Shown: positions 37,201 to 48,271 of the stretch, piece by piece
Layout of the letters: the number at the start of each line of letters is the position of its first letter
Position numbering within the stretch: position 1 is the first letter of the stretch
NCBI GenBank assembly: GCA_030141605.1
Contig: JAQGDQ010001216.1
Coordinates: forward strand, 1 to 54,522
DNA length: 54,522 nucleotides
Reading direction: 5' to 3'
From: Tubiluchus corallicola
Lineage: Eukaryota > Animalia > Priapulida
The notes under the pieces: model-generated
What the model saw: the letters and a program-made list of their open reading frames with translations, nothing else
Told to the model about the DNA's origin: nothing
The model's database searches: none
Position numbers and translations under genes: made by a program

Positions 37201-40200
37201 TTACACTGTCCATCTTCTGTTGCCGAATGGTACATTCGTTTTCTTGCTACCCTCTACGACGAAGGATTTTTCAAATTTAGAAATGTTTCGTTGAGATCTT
37301 TTTGTGTGCAGTCCATCCATGAGAGCAATCTTGGCTTTCTTTGATTGTTGAATTGATTCATGGAATCTGGTTGGTGATAGAGAAAACAAATCCTTAAAAT
37401 GAAAATAACAGCCAGCACCCACTTAAGAAGAGACATCGCTTTGACTCATGGAAAGCTTTAATAAGTGGATTATCTTCTGGTAATCTCAGAGCATGACTCA
37501 GAGCAAATTTTCTTCCTTACATTTGTTGTACAAATCTTTGTTAGTTTTACCCTTCGGCCATTTTATTTGTCATGATGATCATTATTGCAAATATTTCGCA
37601 CTTAAATATGCTGATGCATAAATAGTATAAAATATTTAAAAAACATAAAAAATCTTCAGTTTTAATAATCACTGTTTTAGTTTCCAACGTACAGTATCAT
37701 TGTTAGGAGCAACTAGTTCCTGACATTCTTTATTATTCATGTCTATCATTCGTGATACTTCATGTTTGCTTCATTTTTAATGATACAAACTCACTGTTTT
37801 TCCAGGGGCCAGTGGCACGGTGATGTAGCAGTGAAACTATTAAATATGGATCATTCCATCGAGTTCGAGAAACAGCTTGAGCACTTCAAAGCTGAAGTGG
37901 CCACCTTTAGGAAAACTCGGCACGAGAACTTAGTACTTTTCATGGGCGCATGCATGCGACCTCCAGAGACGCTAGCCATTGTTACTAGGTGAGCATTTTA
38001 TGTGTGGGATGTTTTGATTTTGACTGATCATTGGTTTGTTTAAGTGCTTAGTAATATTTATTGCTTGATTTTAGTATTCAGTTTGTAGCCCAGCAAATTC
38101 ACCTTTTACCATTCAGTAACAAGGATTATTTATTATGTTGGTGTTTGTGACTGGACTGTCACCTAATTTATTGTCACAGATGATTTTCTGACATGAGATA
38201 CTGAACCAGCAGGGGTATTTTAGCGGTGCTTTGACGTGTGTATGTCCTGCTTCAATGAGAGAAATATTTAGAAAGTGTTAAAAAGTATTTGAAAAATTTG
38301 TTCAAATATTAAACTTTTAGAAGACTTCTCCATCGGCTTTTGCTAAATCACAAAATTACAAACCAGCAAAAGTTACAAAATTGCATATGTTTATTTTGTG
38401 CAGATGCAATACTTACTAAACAACGTGTGGTTTAGGTAAGCAAGTATGAAATGAAAATGCAATGCTACTCAGGACTATAGGAAATTAGCAGAATGTAGCA
38501 GTTTTCGTAAAGATTTGATACTAAAAATTACATATTTTTGTATTTTCTTGTATAGTTTATTGAAGGGTCAAACTGTGCACACACATTTATTATCTCGGGG
38601 GAAAATGCACGTTAACAAAGCTGTTATGGTAGCGATGCAGACGTCGCAGGTTTGTAACAGCATCTTATATTTTCCTTCAGCTTTTTCTTCTTCATAATTC
38701 AACCTCTGTACTTTATTTTGTTTTATTGCTATTAAGTTCCGTTTTTATTTGATTTAAAAAAGTAACTGGAGACTCGGTATTAGGCTAAGCTATTTGTCAC
38801 CTTGTGCTTTAGTTTCAAAGTTTTTTCTAAATTGAAATTTTATAGTAATTTTAGAAATGAGTTTTATTAAAGGATATTTTTTGCTAATATAAATATGTTC
38901 ATATATATACTCACACTGATGTATAGTTAGCTAGTTGTAAAGAGTTGGGGTTCTAACGAGAAACATCTGTAAGTTCCATCAAGACTTAGACTGACCAGTA
39001 TGTTAGAGATTTTTTAACTGATCACTATGTTAGAGATTTTTTAACTGATCAGTATGAAAGAAGTTTCTTTAAACTGATCAGTATGTTAGAATTTTCTTTT
39101 TAACTGATCGGTATGTTAGAGATTTTTTAAACTGATCAGTATGTTAGACTTTTCTCTTTAACTGATCAGTATGTTAGAGGTTTCTTAAATTGATCAGTAT
39201 GTTAGAGATTTTTTAAGTAAATATCTTATTGTTTACTGTTTCAACAGGGTATGGGCTACCTCCATGCAAGAGGAATTGTTCACAAGGACTTGACCACAAA
39301 GAATATATTCCTAGAAAATGGCAAAGTAGTGATAACTGACTTTGGGCTATTCAGCGTTGCAAAACTATGCCAACGCAACAAGTGAGTAGTTGATTGTAAT
39401 ATATAAGTGCCTATATAGTAAGAGTACATAGTATAGTAGCATCATTGCTGTTGGAACGGGGGAACTTTTGACATTATCACTCTTAGCTGTTCTTTGAGCT
39501 TATGAACATCAATTTGTGTGCAGTTAACAAATACTGTCATTTCTAGATTTAATGATTTTTTTTGTATAAGGTTTTTAGCTAATATTTATTTATCTGTAAG
39601 TACAGAAATGACTGTTGCATTTATTTCACATATTATAATTTATATTAATATTATACGTCAGTTAATATTTATTGTATGCTTGTAGATAAGAGAGAGATTT
39701 TATAACTTCAACTAATTATTTTTCATGTTTCTATCAATTACTTTTTGTAGCAGTAGACTTAAATGTTTGTCTGTTGTAATTATCGTGCGTTAAAATTTTA
39801 TTCGCAGGGGTAACTGGCTATGTATACCTCCATCGTGGTTGTGTTATTTGTCGCCGGAGATCATTCGGTCACTGGAGGCTCAGTGGCGCACTGACCATAA
39901 TCTACCTTTCACAACCGCTTCTGACGTCTATGCATTTGGGTATGAGTTTTGTTTTGGGGTTCTATTTTGTGCTTACTATGTTATTTAATATGGACAAATT
40001 GCATTAGCCTATTAATCTTTTATTTCAAACATAATGGCTTTTCACACACAGTACTCTAAGCTGTATCATTTGCTTCCTTTCGCTAATATTTTTTCTCTAA
40101 CTTCATATTATTCTTCACACACCTTAGATGACTACTTTGGCCTTTCCATTGGGCTACACTTTCCTACCTTGAACTCTCGTCACCTCCCCAGGAAGCTGTC

Positions 40201-43129
40201 TTCCTTTGCCCTTACTGCATACTCAAACTATTTCATGCCTCTCTGCCTCAATTTATCGATCAATATCCTCCACCACCTCGCCAGGTCTTCTCTGCTTGTG
40301 TTTATTGTTCGTCTGTATATAGTAATGCTGCAGACACTCATTTAAGCAAAATTCAAAAAATTATAAAATTTATAACTGTCACGTCAAACTGGCGAAAGTA
40401 TGATCATGTATCTGAAGTCATTATAAAATTGTAACTCTTATGTGTCGGTGAAGTAGCTACATTTGCTGATGTTTGGATGCTCCGCAAAGTATTGGTCACA
40501 AAACAACCAACTCCCATCTATAATCAGTTAAATTTCAACTGTAATATAATCTCTCGGACCACTAAACAGTCAAATTTTCTTTTTATTTCTACTTCAAAGT
40601 GTAATTTTCGTGCAAGATGGTTTATAGTCAGGGAAATTCAATCATTACAGTCAGTATGCAATCAAAACTGAATTAAATGAAATTTCAGTTTTAAATATTT
40701 AAAAAGAAACCCACAAAATAGTCATTTACTACATTGTATTGAATTATGTGTTTAAGTTCTAAATCAAGCTTTTATCTAATATTAATTACAGAATTTTTCT
40801 ATTTATTATTAACTGTTTTTATACTAAACTGTAGAAGGAAAACCCACGTTTTTGGGGATTGTACATGCAATGTAAACATGAATAAATAAATAAACAACTG
40901 CAAATACTGTCACTGTAATGTATAGGCATCATATGTCACAGCATCCTACTGTCACTACCGGCTATAGCCGTTACCAACCTGTGTGTAATTGTTGGCCAAC
41001 ATACTAGTAATCTCTCTCCAGTTCTGCTCCCCTTCACTCTCTCCCGCTTAAATCTGTAATACTACTTCAACCTTACATATTTACATATCCACCAGAAAAC
41101 AAAATTGCTGCACGTGTTGCACCTCTTCTGCATTCACAGCAGACTGCCGTCTGCTTTTTCGTCTACACCCCTGAAATTTCTTACCCCCTTGACAATTCTC
41201 AAACTTGAACATGTTTTGTGATACGTTCACTAAATCCACAACTACAACTCTAGTCACCAACACCAAGGTGTAGTTTGACTCATTGTTACCCTGTGTATAT
41301 ATATTTACCATTAATAATCCGATGGGCAAAAAATGTTAGAATATAGTTAAATATAAGGTTTTTATTTTTTTTAAAATTAGTCTCCAGGATAGCTTTTAAA
41401 TACTTTTTATGTATGTAAGTTCAGTGTCAGCTAGTGACAAGCGTGTTATCTTCATGAAGCTGATTATGATATTGTAATTCCAGCACGGTTCTCTTTGAAC
41501 TGTTGTGTGCGGAGATGCCGTTCAAGCATCAACCGCCGGATGCAGTTATATGGCAGGTTGGTAAGGGCATCAAACAGTCGCTCGGGCACATCAAGGTCTC
41601 ACGGGAACTGAAGGTATCGTTTTTGGAAACGCTTTAACTTGTGTAGACATTTGTGTCTTTACTCAGTCATGTTCAAGCATGCGATGTGGAAATTTATCCT
41701 GCCAGAAGATTTGTCTGAGGTCTAATGTGCATTTGCACATAGGGTTGTAGAACACGAATAGATCATTTTTAAAGCACGGGAAAACCCTCCACTTACATAA
41801 AGCTTAAAAATTTTGTCTTGAAATTTTATACCATTATGTACTGCCTTCTTGAATTCGTCGGCAGTAAAGCTGTACAAAACATATAAATGTAAACTCCTGC
41901 GATGACTGTTAGATGCAGCCATTTTGACAATAAGTCATTTGAAATAAGTTTAGATAACACTGAGTAAAGTTTGAAAAAAACAATTGGAGCATAAATAGCG
42001 TACACATTAATAACTAAGTATAATTTTAATTTACTGCATCTTGTCAATAAGATTAAAAATACGTTTTTTGATTAGTGTGTGGTGCACCCTGGGTGAGGTG
42101 AGTCGATGACATTTTACGAATTGGTGCACACATTTTAAATAATCAAAAATTTTTTTTTAGTTACATAAGTCTTTCAGGCAAATTAGCGAAATCCCAAGTA
42201 ATGTAACTTTGCATAGAAAGTTTTTTGTGACATAGTTTAACATTTCCTTTTCTTCCCCTAGTTTACTTCATGTAATTGCGCAGTCGAAACAGTATTGCAG
42301 GAAATTTAAAATGGAAACGAACAAAAAGTCCTTTCACCGCGAGTACGAGCTATGCATAAAATTGCTATGAAGTAATATAACTTTTTTTAAGGCATTTTTG
42401 TGAAACCTATTTCAGGTACCCCTTTTCTTGTCCTTTTAAGTATAATGTTTCATTTGTTGCCTAAAATTATCCATATTTGTCTAAACTTTGTAATTGCTGA
42501 TAAAATGGCTTGTAAAGAAAGCGTTCAGATTACATACATTAGATAAACAGATTTCTCCTTCTGGCAAGCCAGTGTTGGTGAGAAGATTAAGAACTAATAA
42601 TCTCTTTCTATGAAACTGTGAAAAGGCTTATTGGAGTGATTCACTATTAGAGCAGTAAGAATATTATGAGTTTAAAGTTATCTATATGTATATTGTTACA
42701 AGCATTTCTTTTATTTTTCTTTGGATGGGTTTTAAAAAAGCATAGTCCCACATCACTTTGAAATGCTGCCACTACATTAGCCACATTATTAGTGTTTCAG
42801 ATGGTTTGTAGCAGTGACACTAGACAATTTTGTAACGAATTGATCATTTGACAGAGTCATCCTACTGACATATTTTCATCTTATGACGGAATTTAAGATT
42901 ACTTGGACCTGCTGTGCATTCATACTTGTTTAGGAATGTAGAGCAAGTTTTAACATGTTTTTTTCTTTTCTTGCAGGAGTTATTGATGATGTGTTGGGCA
43001 TTTAAACCGTCAGACCGGCCAACATTCAGTAACTTGCAGCAAATTATAGAACACCTGCCAAAGAAACGCCTCGCTCGAAGCCCAAGTCATCCCATCAAAC
43101 TCTCCCGGTCTGCGGAATCTATATTTTAA
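22042..43129 (+). CDS. KSR: Kinase suppressor of Ras (KSR1/KSR2-like), whole spliced CDS, 19 coding exons, 932 aa
   Basis: The exons listed below sum to 2799 nt with consistent phases. Domains in order: CC-SAM, Pro-rich region, [10 protein letters not shown]1 zinc finger, FxFP, kinase domain with HKD, DFG and WLCYLSPE, and C-terminal RSPSHP..LSRSAE. No Ras-binding domain, which separates it from RAF. Confidence 0.95.
22261..22787. mobile_element. Tc1/mariner-pogo(Tigger)-like MITE, 527 bp
   Basis: 26-bp TIRs CAGTGGACTCTCGTTACGAGAATCAC / GTGATTCTTATAACGAGAGTCCACTG (2 mismatches), TA on both flanks, several internal TATAAGAATC repeats. Confidence 0.93.
23527..23649. repeat. Tandem duplication, ~65 bp x2
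   Basis: CATGGCCCATATCGG.AACAACAGATTATTAAATT...ATAACTTAGTAA twice. Confidence 0.9.
23793..23933 (+). CDS. KSR: KSR coding exon 2
   Basis: ttttcag|[14 protein letters not shown]...[19 protein letters not shown]|gtatat. Confidence 0.92.
24058..24249. mobile_element. Degenerate hAT-like MITE
   Basis: Ends TAGGAATGTGCCGGATCC ... GGATCTGCTGCTTCCCTA, internal CCGGAT-like repeats, near-TSD tctaaaaac / tccaaaac. Confidence 0.6.
24306..24632 (+). mobile_element. Decayed Rex-Babar-like LINE 3' coding fragment
   Basis: Frameshifted translation [30 protein letters not shown] ... [18 protein letters not shown]; resembles the Rex1 ORF C-terminus (QRLYFLRKL..FY...IESVLT..SGRRY..SFFP). Confidence 0.7.
24967..25489. 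mobile_element. piggyBac-like non-autonomous element
   Basis: TIRs CACTAGAAGAACCG / CGGCTCTTCTAGTG (13/14), flanks TCAA / TTAA, subterminal inverted repeats at ~25061-25093 and ~25429-25461. Confidence 0.75.
25577..25724 (+). CDS. KSR: KSR coding exon 3 (SAM part)
   Basis: ttatag|[23 protein letters not shown]...[17 protein letters not shown]|gtattc, phase 0/1. Confidence 0.9.
27364..27520 (+). CDS. KSR: KSR coding exon 4
   Basis: ttttag|..[21 protein letters not shown]...RRPS|gtgcaa, phase 1/2. Confidence 0.85.
27771..27988. mobile_element. Fold-back element with nested inverted repeats
   Basis: Inner 31-bp arms 27809-27839 / 27894-27924; weaker outer arms AAGTTTCAAAC / GTTTGAAAACTT. Confidence 0.6.
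28464..28641 (+). CDS. KSR: KSR coding exon 5 (Pro/Ser/Thr-rich)
   Basis: tttacag|[28 protein letters not shown]...RRTPPPTSP...GKGK|gtaatt, phase 2/0. Confidence 0.87.
29613..29755 (+). CDS. KSR: KSR coding exon 6 (14-3-3 site)
   Basis: ttttag|[10 protein letters not shown]...[17 protein letters not shown]...|gtaagt; matches the KSR '[14 protein letters not shown]' motif. Confidence 0.93.
29819..30499. mobile_element. Unclassified TIR element (~50-bp inverted repeats)
   Basis: AAAATGCCCTTAAGTCTCA...TTCTTCAGAAACTTC versus GAAGCTTCTGAAGAA...TGAGACTTAAGGGGCATTTT; exact ends uncertain. Confidence 0.75.
30766..31017 (+). CDS. KSR: KSR coding exon 7
   Basis: ttttag|[11 protein letters not shown]...VPRSPRTPT...SIGHLINHR|gtagtg, phase 2/2, leads into the C1 domain. 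Confidence 0.9.
31644..32301. mobile_element. hAT-like MITE
   Basis: Ends TAAAGGTACA / TGCACCTCTG, subterminal CCGATT repeats, 8-bp TSD gtctcaaa / atctcaaa. Confidence 0.72.
32468..32554 (+). CDS. KSR: KSR coding exon 8 (C1 domain, first half)
   Basis: ttgcag|[29 protein letters not shown]|gtaagt. Confidence 0.92.
32675..33228. mobile_element. Inverted-repeat element containing two divergent tRNA-like (A/B-box) heads
   Basis: Outer IR GGCACAAACCCACAACTAATTT / AAATTAATTGTGGGTTTGTACC; B-boxes GGTTCAAATTC (minus, 32923-32933) and GGTTCAAATCC (plus, 33129-33139). Confidence 0.65.
33927..34140 (+). CDS. KSR: KSR coding exon 9 (C1 domain, second half)
   Basis: tgttag|[18 protein letters not shown]...SVSAFQ|gtaact. 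Confidence 0.92.
35221..35411 (+). CDS. KSR: KSR coding exon 10 (Ser-rich region, FxFP ERK-docking motif)
   Basis: ccaag|[21 protein letters not shown]...[10 protein letters not shown]...|gtaata. Confidence 0.92.
35904..35973 (+). CDS. KSR: KSR coding exon 11
   Basis: ttttccag|[23 protein letters not shown]|gtaacg; phase 2/0 is required to bridge exons 10 and 12. Confidence 0.82.
36233..36358 (+). CDS. KSR: KSR coding exon 12
   Basis: ttgtag|[16 protein letters not shown]...MIQRESS|gtacgt, phase 0/0. Confidence 0.82.
36853..36944 (+). CDS. KSR: KSR coding exon 13 (kinase N-terminus, Gly loop)
   Basis: atgcag|[31 protein letters not shown]|gtaagt. Confidence 0.94.
37806..37988 (+). CDS. KSR: KSR coding exon 14 (VAVK, alphaC, RKTRH dimer motif)
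   Basis: ttccag|[12 protein letters not shown]...[24 protein letters not shown]...|gtgagc. Confidence 0.96.
38556..38649 (+). CDS. KSR: KSR coding exon 15
   Basis: gtatag|[31 protein letters not shown]|gtttgt. Confidence 0.9.
38991..39216. repeat. Minisatellite, 27-30 bp x8
   Basis: Consensus CTGATCAGTATGTTAGAGATTTTTTAA. Confidence 0.95.
39248..39381 (+). CDS. KSR: KSR coding exon 16 (catalytic loop, DFG)
   Basis: caacag|[44 protein letters not shown]|gtgagt. Confidence 0.96.
39808..39939 (+). CDS. KSR: KSR coding exon 17
   Basis: ttcgcag|[22 protein letters not shown]...[13 protein letters not shown]|gtatga. Confidence 0.95.
40120..40300 (-). mobile_element. Decayed RTE-clade LINE 3' fragment
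   Basis: Minus strand [39 protein letters not shown]; resembles RTE 'LR.RRLRWFGHV.R...GKRPRGRPK'. Confidence 0.62.
41484..41613 (+). CDS. KSR: KSR coding exon 18
   Basis: ttccag|[31 protein letters not shown]...RELK|gtatcg. Confidence 0.95.
42977..43129 (+). CDS. KSR: KSR coding exon 19 (terminal)
   Basis: cttgcag|[17 protein letters not shown]...[24 protein letters not shown]. Confidence 0.95.
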   Translation, partial: ELLMMCWAFKPSDRPTFSNLQQIIEHLPKKRLARSPSHPIKLSRSAESIF

Positions 43130-44727
43130 TATTTAAGATATTATTGTAGTCAAACTTCTGTTTAATGTACTCTTATGTATTATAATCGTCCACTGTAGAA
43201 AAAGTAAGTTAAGTGGTCAGAGGCGAGTGTCACGAAAACACGGAGGTGGTCAGTGCTTCACTCTGCTAATGCATACCGTTAATCAAAATGATGCTTTTGT
43301 TTTGTGAAGATCCCTAAAGCATTGCACAATTATATTGAAACTTAAACTAAGCTCAGCTATTTTGGAAGGCAACTGCCATTGCCTCATGTGTCTCCTTGAT
43401 AAATATCGGATTTCACTGCTTTCACCTGTTTAGCCGCCCAGTTTGTACAGTACCAATAGCGGTTTTTTCAAATTTTGGGTCTTACTGTATGTTGCAGTGT
43501 TGCAGTGTCTTTGAATCATAGAAGTCTGCTGTATGTTTAATGGACTGTCTTTCAGTTAGTATACTAAGAATGTCTAAACTGTTCATTATATACCAACTGT
43601 AAATTAGCTAGAACAACAGTAAGACGGCTGCTAACTATCAATAAATACCTGATAACATTTTTCGAAAAGTGTAAGGAATTATTTATGTATAACTATGTCT
43701 ATGAGCAAATTATGAGTATTTGCACTTACTGTTCTCAATCAAAGCCATTATTTTTCAGCTTTCTTGTGCAACTTTAGTTGGTTCGTGGAAAAGTTCGAAT
43801 ATTCTTGTACTTATTTTAATGTGCATTTGGTACGTCCATACAAGATTTTTGCTTTTTTCTATGTGAATTGAGAAAGCCTAAGGGTTTATCCAGTTTTGGC
43901 GGAAAAATTTGTAAAAGTTTGTTTGTCTAAATTGCATTGTATATAAACTGGTACTTACAGCCGAACCAAATGTGGATGTGGATAAATGATTGTTGTTGGA
44001 CTTATTATTTTGTCCTTGCTGTTGGGTTAACAAAACCTTTTTCTTTGCAGAATCAAGGGCTGTTTCAATACGCTAGTTTACTTTAGTCAATAATAATTCT
44101 TGTAGATGGTGATACATGTATTATAAATACTTTACCTTAGTACACTATGCAAAGTGCATGGCACCGTTGATCGACAAAACTAAAGATAGAAATTATGAGC
44201 TTTTTTGTACTGTAGAAAACAGAAGTCATTGGCTATCATTAACTGTTCATTCACTTGCGGCCTAGGGAAGTTGAGTTTAACTTTCAGCTACGTAATTGGT
44301 CATAGCAGCTACTTACACACAAATAATATACATTTTCGAAGTCGTACATGTGTACTGTTTCTAACTGTGCCGTACATTCTAGGGGATTGATGTCATGACA
44401 TTTGACAAAGCAACAAAAGCAGTGATGCTATGGATAGAGATACTTGTACAAAATTAACTTATGTATATTACAAGTATATATATATATATAACGTGCAATG
44501 CCTCCTCATTTTTTCATTTATGATACATTTATAAGTACAAGTGGTGTAAAATGACGTTACTTTTTCTTCTATTCTGTGATGTATAAATATGATTTTAAGC
44601 ATTATAAATATAACATAATTATATGCTGTGCTTTGTTTTACATTCTTTGCATCAATTTTAGTCATTATTTATTACATTTTAAGTCTTGAGTGTAAATTTG
44701 ATCATTAGGTAGTTCACACTTTCAGCT

Positions 44728-44733
44728 AATAAA
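44728..44733 (+). terminator. Candidate KSR polyadenylation signal
   Basis: AATAAA (with ATTAAA at ~44748) where the plus strand shifts from T-rich to A-rich, ~1.6 kb after the stop codon. Confidence 0.35.
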
Positions 44734-45425
44734 TTTGGGATATTTTCATTAAATTTTTCAGAGTTAGCATCTTCAAATCAAATCAAATCAAACTTTTCTC
44801 AAATATGGGTTTTACATAAACATGAAAGCACTAGCTCCTAGCAGCTATTAAGCCAACTCATATAACAAAACTAATCTACTGAAATAAAATAGTGCTTAAG
44901 TGGTAAAAAGGCTATAAAATTATACATCTAAAATAAACTACTTTGGACTCTAGTAGACATTAAAATAATAATTATGCAAAGTGCTAAATCTTGTGTGTAT
45001 ATTAGTCTCAAATGCATATAAACATCCAACAAAAACAAGGCTGATACTAGGTGTAGCTTTACATTTAAAATTTCATATTTAAATTATCAAAAATGTGCAA
45101 CAATTCTACATTTTGCAATAAAAACGCTTGATAACTAAAATGTGTTCAAAAATGCAATTTTATTTTAAAAATATCCCTTCAGCTACATATACAAATACAT
45201 GCAACAAATAAATGCAGAGTTCAATGTACAAAATAATTTACTAATTTAACACAAAATAGTCATAAACCAGTGTTTTAAAATACACACACACCTTTTTTAT
45301 ATATCCATTTAATAAGAAACTGTAATAAGGCATCATAACTGTTTAAGAGCAGGACTACATAAAGGTGATTCCATCATTGAAAATACACAGGAAATACTAT
45401 GAATATCATTCAAAGTGGACAAACA

Positions 45426-45829
45426 CAGGTCCGCCTTACCAGCATTATAGGCCCCTGGGCAAAACAGTACACTAGGGCACCCTACCTATACAACAATCAC
45501 AGCAACAAAAATGTAAATTTCCAACACAATCAGTGTTTAAACATTAAAAAATGTGAGTTGAAGTTACATTGAAAATATGCTTTTACATTATGTAATACGC
45601 GAGAACCATACACATACTGTGAGGTTGCAGAGGTGACGATGATACTAAATCAGAGGCGAATGCCAAAGTCCATTTTTAACACAATAACAAATATTTATAG
45701 TTTAGTACATATAGTAAAGTACTTATTTATTGACAGCAAGTCACAACATACATAAATTGGCACTGGGTCCCTATGCTCATAGAGTCCCCGGGCAACTGCC
45801 CAGCGTGCCCATGCATTAAGACAGCCCTG
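45426..45829. mobile_element. hAT-like MITE
   Basis: Ends CAGGTCCGCCTTA / TAAGACAGCCCTG, GGCCCC-type subterminal motifs, 8-bp TSD gacaaaca / gataaaca. Confidence 0.8.
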
Positions 45830-46839
45830 GATAAACAATTAAAAAATGTCTGCCACAAGTACAGACGAATTCTTCCTGAATTTCTTATAGGTCAAGACCT
45901 ATTGTATACTTCATGTATCACAGTCATTTGGCACTATAGGTTTACTCAAGCAAATCACTTGTTACACGTTCAAACTCATTTAATTTTGCTGATAATTTGT
46001 TGTACTTGTGTGCTCAGTGTGAAGATGAGCAAAAATAAGTAGTAGGCAATTATAACCTTGTAAGTATGTTAGGCCACCCAAGTAAATTTTTGACAGTTAT
46101 CAACTGCATTGAGAAAGCTATCATTTCAGTTGATAACTTTATGTGCTCACTACTGACAGACATACTCAAAATTTTTGAATTCATATGATGACAAACAATG
46201 CTTAATTATTTGGAAGGAATTTAAATCTAGTTCAATGCATAGTTATCTATCTTGAAAGTATTTCGACTATTTTGAAAGTAGGTAGTTAATGTTAGCAAAT
46301 GATTTCTCACAAACTCATGAGTACTTCAGAGAGGTTGACACTAAGACACAAGAAAAATATTTCTAGAAAACACTTCATTATCACAATTGTGGCTCCAGAA
46401 AAATTACCAACAAATAAAATTATAGGACAAATAAAATAATAAAAAAGCACAGATGAATATTCTACCACTAATGAGTGAATTATGCATGGATAAGAAGGAA
46501 AAAAGATGGCATGAAAATGAAAATATAAACGAAAAGGATCTTATATTAAACAGCAAAATCTTTTAACCCGACATACACGCTGATGATGAGCATCTTAAGA
46601 AATAATGAATCATTTTTATCACATGCTATACAACGGAGCATCAGGTATTTTAAACCTCTTATTGTTGTTTACATCAGATAGTTTAACATATTCAAATTAT
46701 GGCAAAATGAGAAAATTGTTGAAGCATTTCTGCCAGAAGGTCAAAGATTCATGTAAAATCAAAGTGGAATGTTCACGCTATCCAATGACCGAAAACTGAA
46801 GTTATTACAAATTAATTTGATACACATAATCAGTAATTG

Positions 46840-46915
46840 AAGTATTTTCTCTTAAACAATAAGTATTGCAAGTATTTTCTCTTAAACAATAAGTATTGCA
46901 AGTATTTTCTCTTAA
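46840..46915. repeat. Minisatellite, 30 bp x2.5
   Basis: AAGTATTTTCTCTTAAACAATAAGTATTGC. Confidence 0.93.
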
Positions 46916-47329
46916 TGTGTAACAATTTCCTTGGTCCCTGGTAGACATGAGCCAAGCGGAGTTGAGTGCATATTTTTCTACAGAGCACGCCAAGCTAAAT
47001 ATACAGGGTGATTCAGAAGAAACAGTGACGTAGAAATATTGTGATACTGAAATGTCAATGAATGTCAAATTAAAACAAAGCTTAGTTGAGCATTTAGTAA
47101 GAAATTTTATAACAAAAACTGAAGCAAGTGTGCACAGCTAACTTGCAGATACAAATGAGAGCAATGCTGCAACTTATGATAAATATGTTTAACTTCACCA
47201 GTAATAGTTATAATAGTAATGTTTATTCTTCAAATTAACAGGTAACAACCAGTTCAAATGTTACATAACAATTTTTACATTTACAGAAATGCATTTGGAG
47301 CATTTTTAACCATTCGTGACATTTACTGT

Positions 47330-48012
47330 GGGAAAGCTGTACACTATAATTTTTTCATAAATTATAATCGTAATTACAGGCACCTAATCAGATTTGATGC
47401 TATGAATAATAGGTTACTTTGTCCAAGTGGACATTTTGTACAAACAAATGACCATTGACAACTTAATTAAATATAATATAAGCACATTCATGAATAAAAC
47501 TCACTATAAATCTTTACCATCTTTTTTTGTTAATCCTGTTAATCTTTATCAAAAACATTACAATACTAGATTTAACGAGTATCAAGTTGTCCAGTGTAGG
47601 ATTAATGTTGCGAAACATTTCATCTCATTTATTGGTCCTACCATGTGAAACAAAATACCTGCACATATTAAGTCAATTTCGTCATTACCAAGATTCAAAA
47701 AAGTTCCAAAACTTCATTCTTAAACTCATATTAAAGATTAAGTTTCTATAGTATATGACGCACGTTCAGATTCACGTCATTCCATCATTTTTACCTTCCC
47801 TGTTTTGCACCCTAACCCCAGCACCATTAATTGCATTATGGTCACACAAGTAATGCTTCTGACTATAATGCAAGCAACAATTTATATAGATATCATGCCC
47901 TGTAGATTTTATTATGAAATTTAAGTAACTATGTATACCATGTTATCATAATGTAGTTTACTATATTGTATTGTTGCTTGGTGTTTTCATATTAAAATAA
48001 AAAAAAAATAAA
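47330..48012 (+). mobile_element. Decayed L2/Crack/Daphne-like LINE 3' end with A-rich tail
   Basis: ..LPSFF..HYNTR..FISFIGPTM*NKIPAHIKSISSLPRFKK is the typical CR1-group C-terminal 'HxYNTR..GPxxWNxLP..S...FK' pattern; A-tract at ~47994-48012. Confidence 0.72.
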
Positions 48013-48271
48013 GTATTTTTGCTGCATTTTTTCTTCCTGTAGTATTAATAGGTTTAGTTTGTATAAAAAAATGATCATACGACATGCAGATGCATTAAAT
48101 ACTGAATACAGTGGAACAGATCGAATTAAAAAAATTTAAGGTACACAGTCATCAACAACTGATCTTATATTGTACAAGCAACCTTCCATCAACACTGAAA
48201 AAGTCCTAAATGAGCTGATACTTATGGTTATGAAGATCATCATCACGTTTGTACTTGTGTAGAATTTGTTG

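Noticed and set aside
37086-37436. Overlapping ORFs inside a KSR intron (possible transposase relic)
   Set aside because: No motif could be assigned with confidence, and exons 13 and 14 join without it.
38991-39216. CRISPR-like appearance of the short repeat arrays (also 4851-4973 and 46840-46915)
   Set aside because: Units are head-to-tail with no unique spacers, there are no cas genes, and the context is a eukaryotic genome.
41081-41329. 82-aa minus-strand ORF in a KSR intron
   Set aside because: No homology recognised, and it is within the length expected by chance.
22042-43129. Calling the kinase RAF rather than KSR
   Set aside because: There is no Ras-binding domain; the CC-SAM N-terminus, HKD and WLCYLxPE are KSR-diagnostic.
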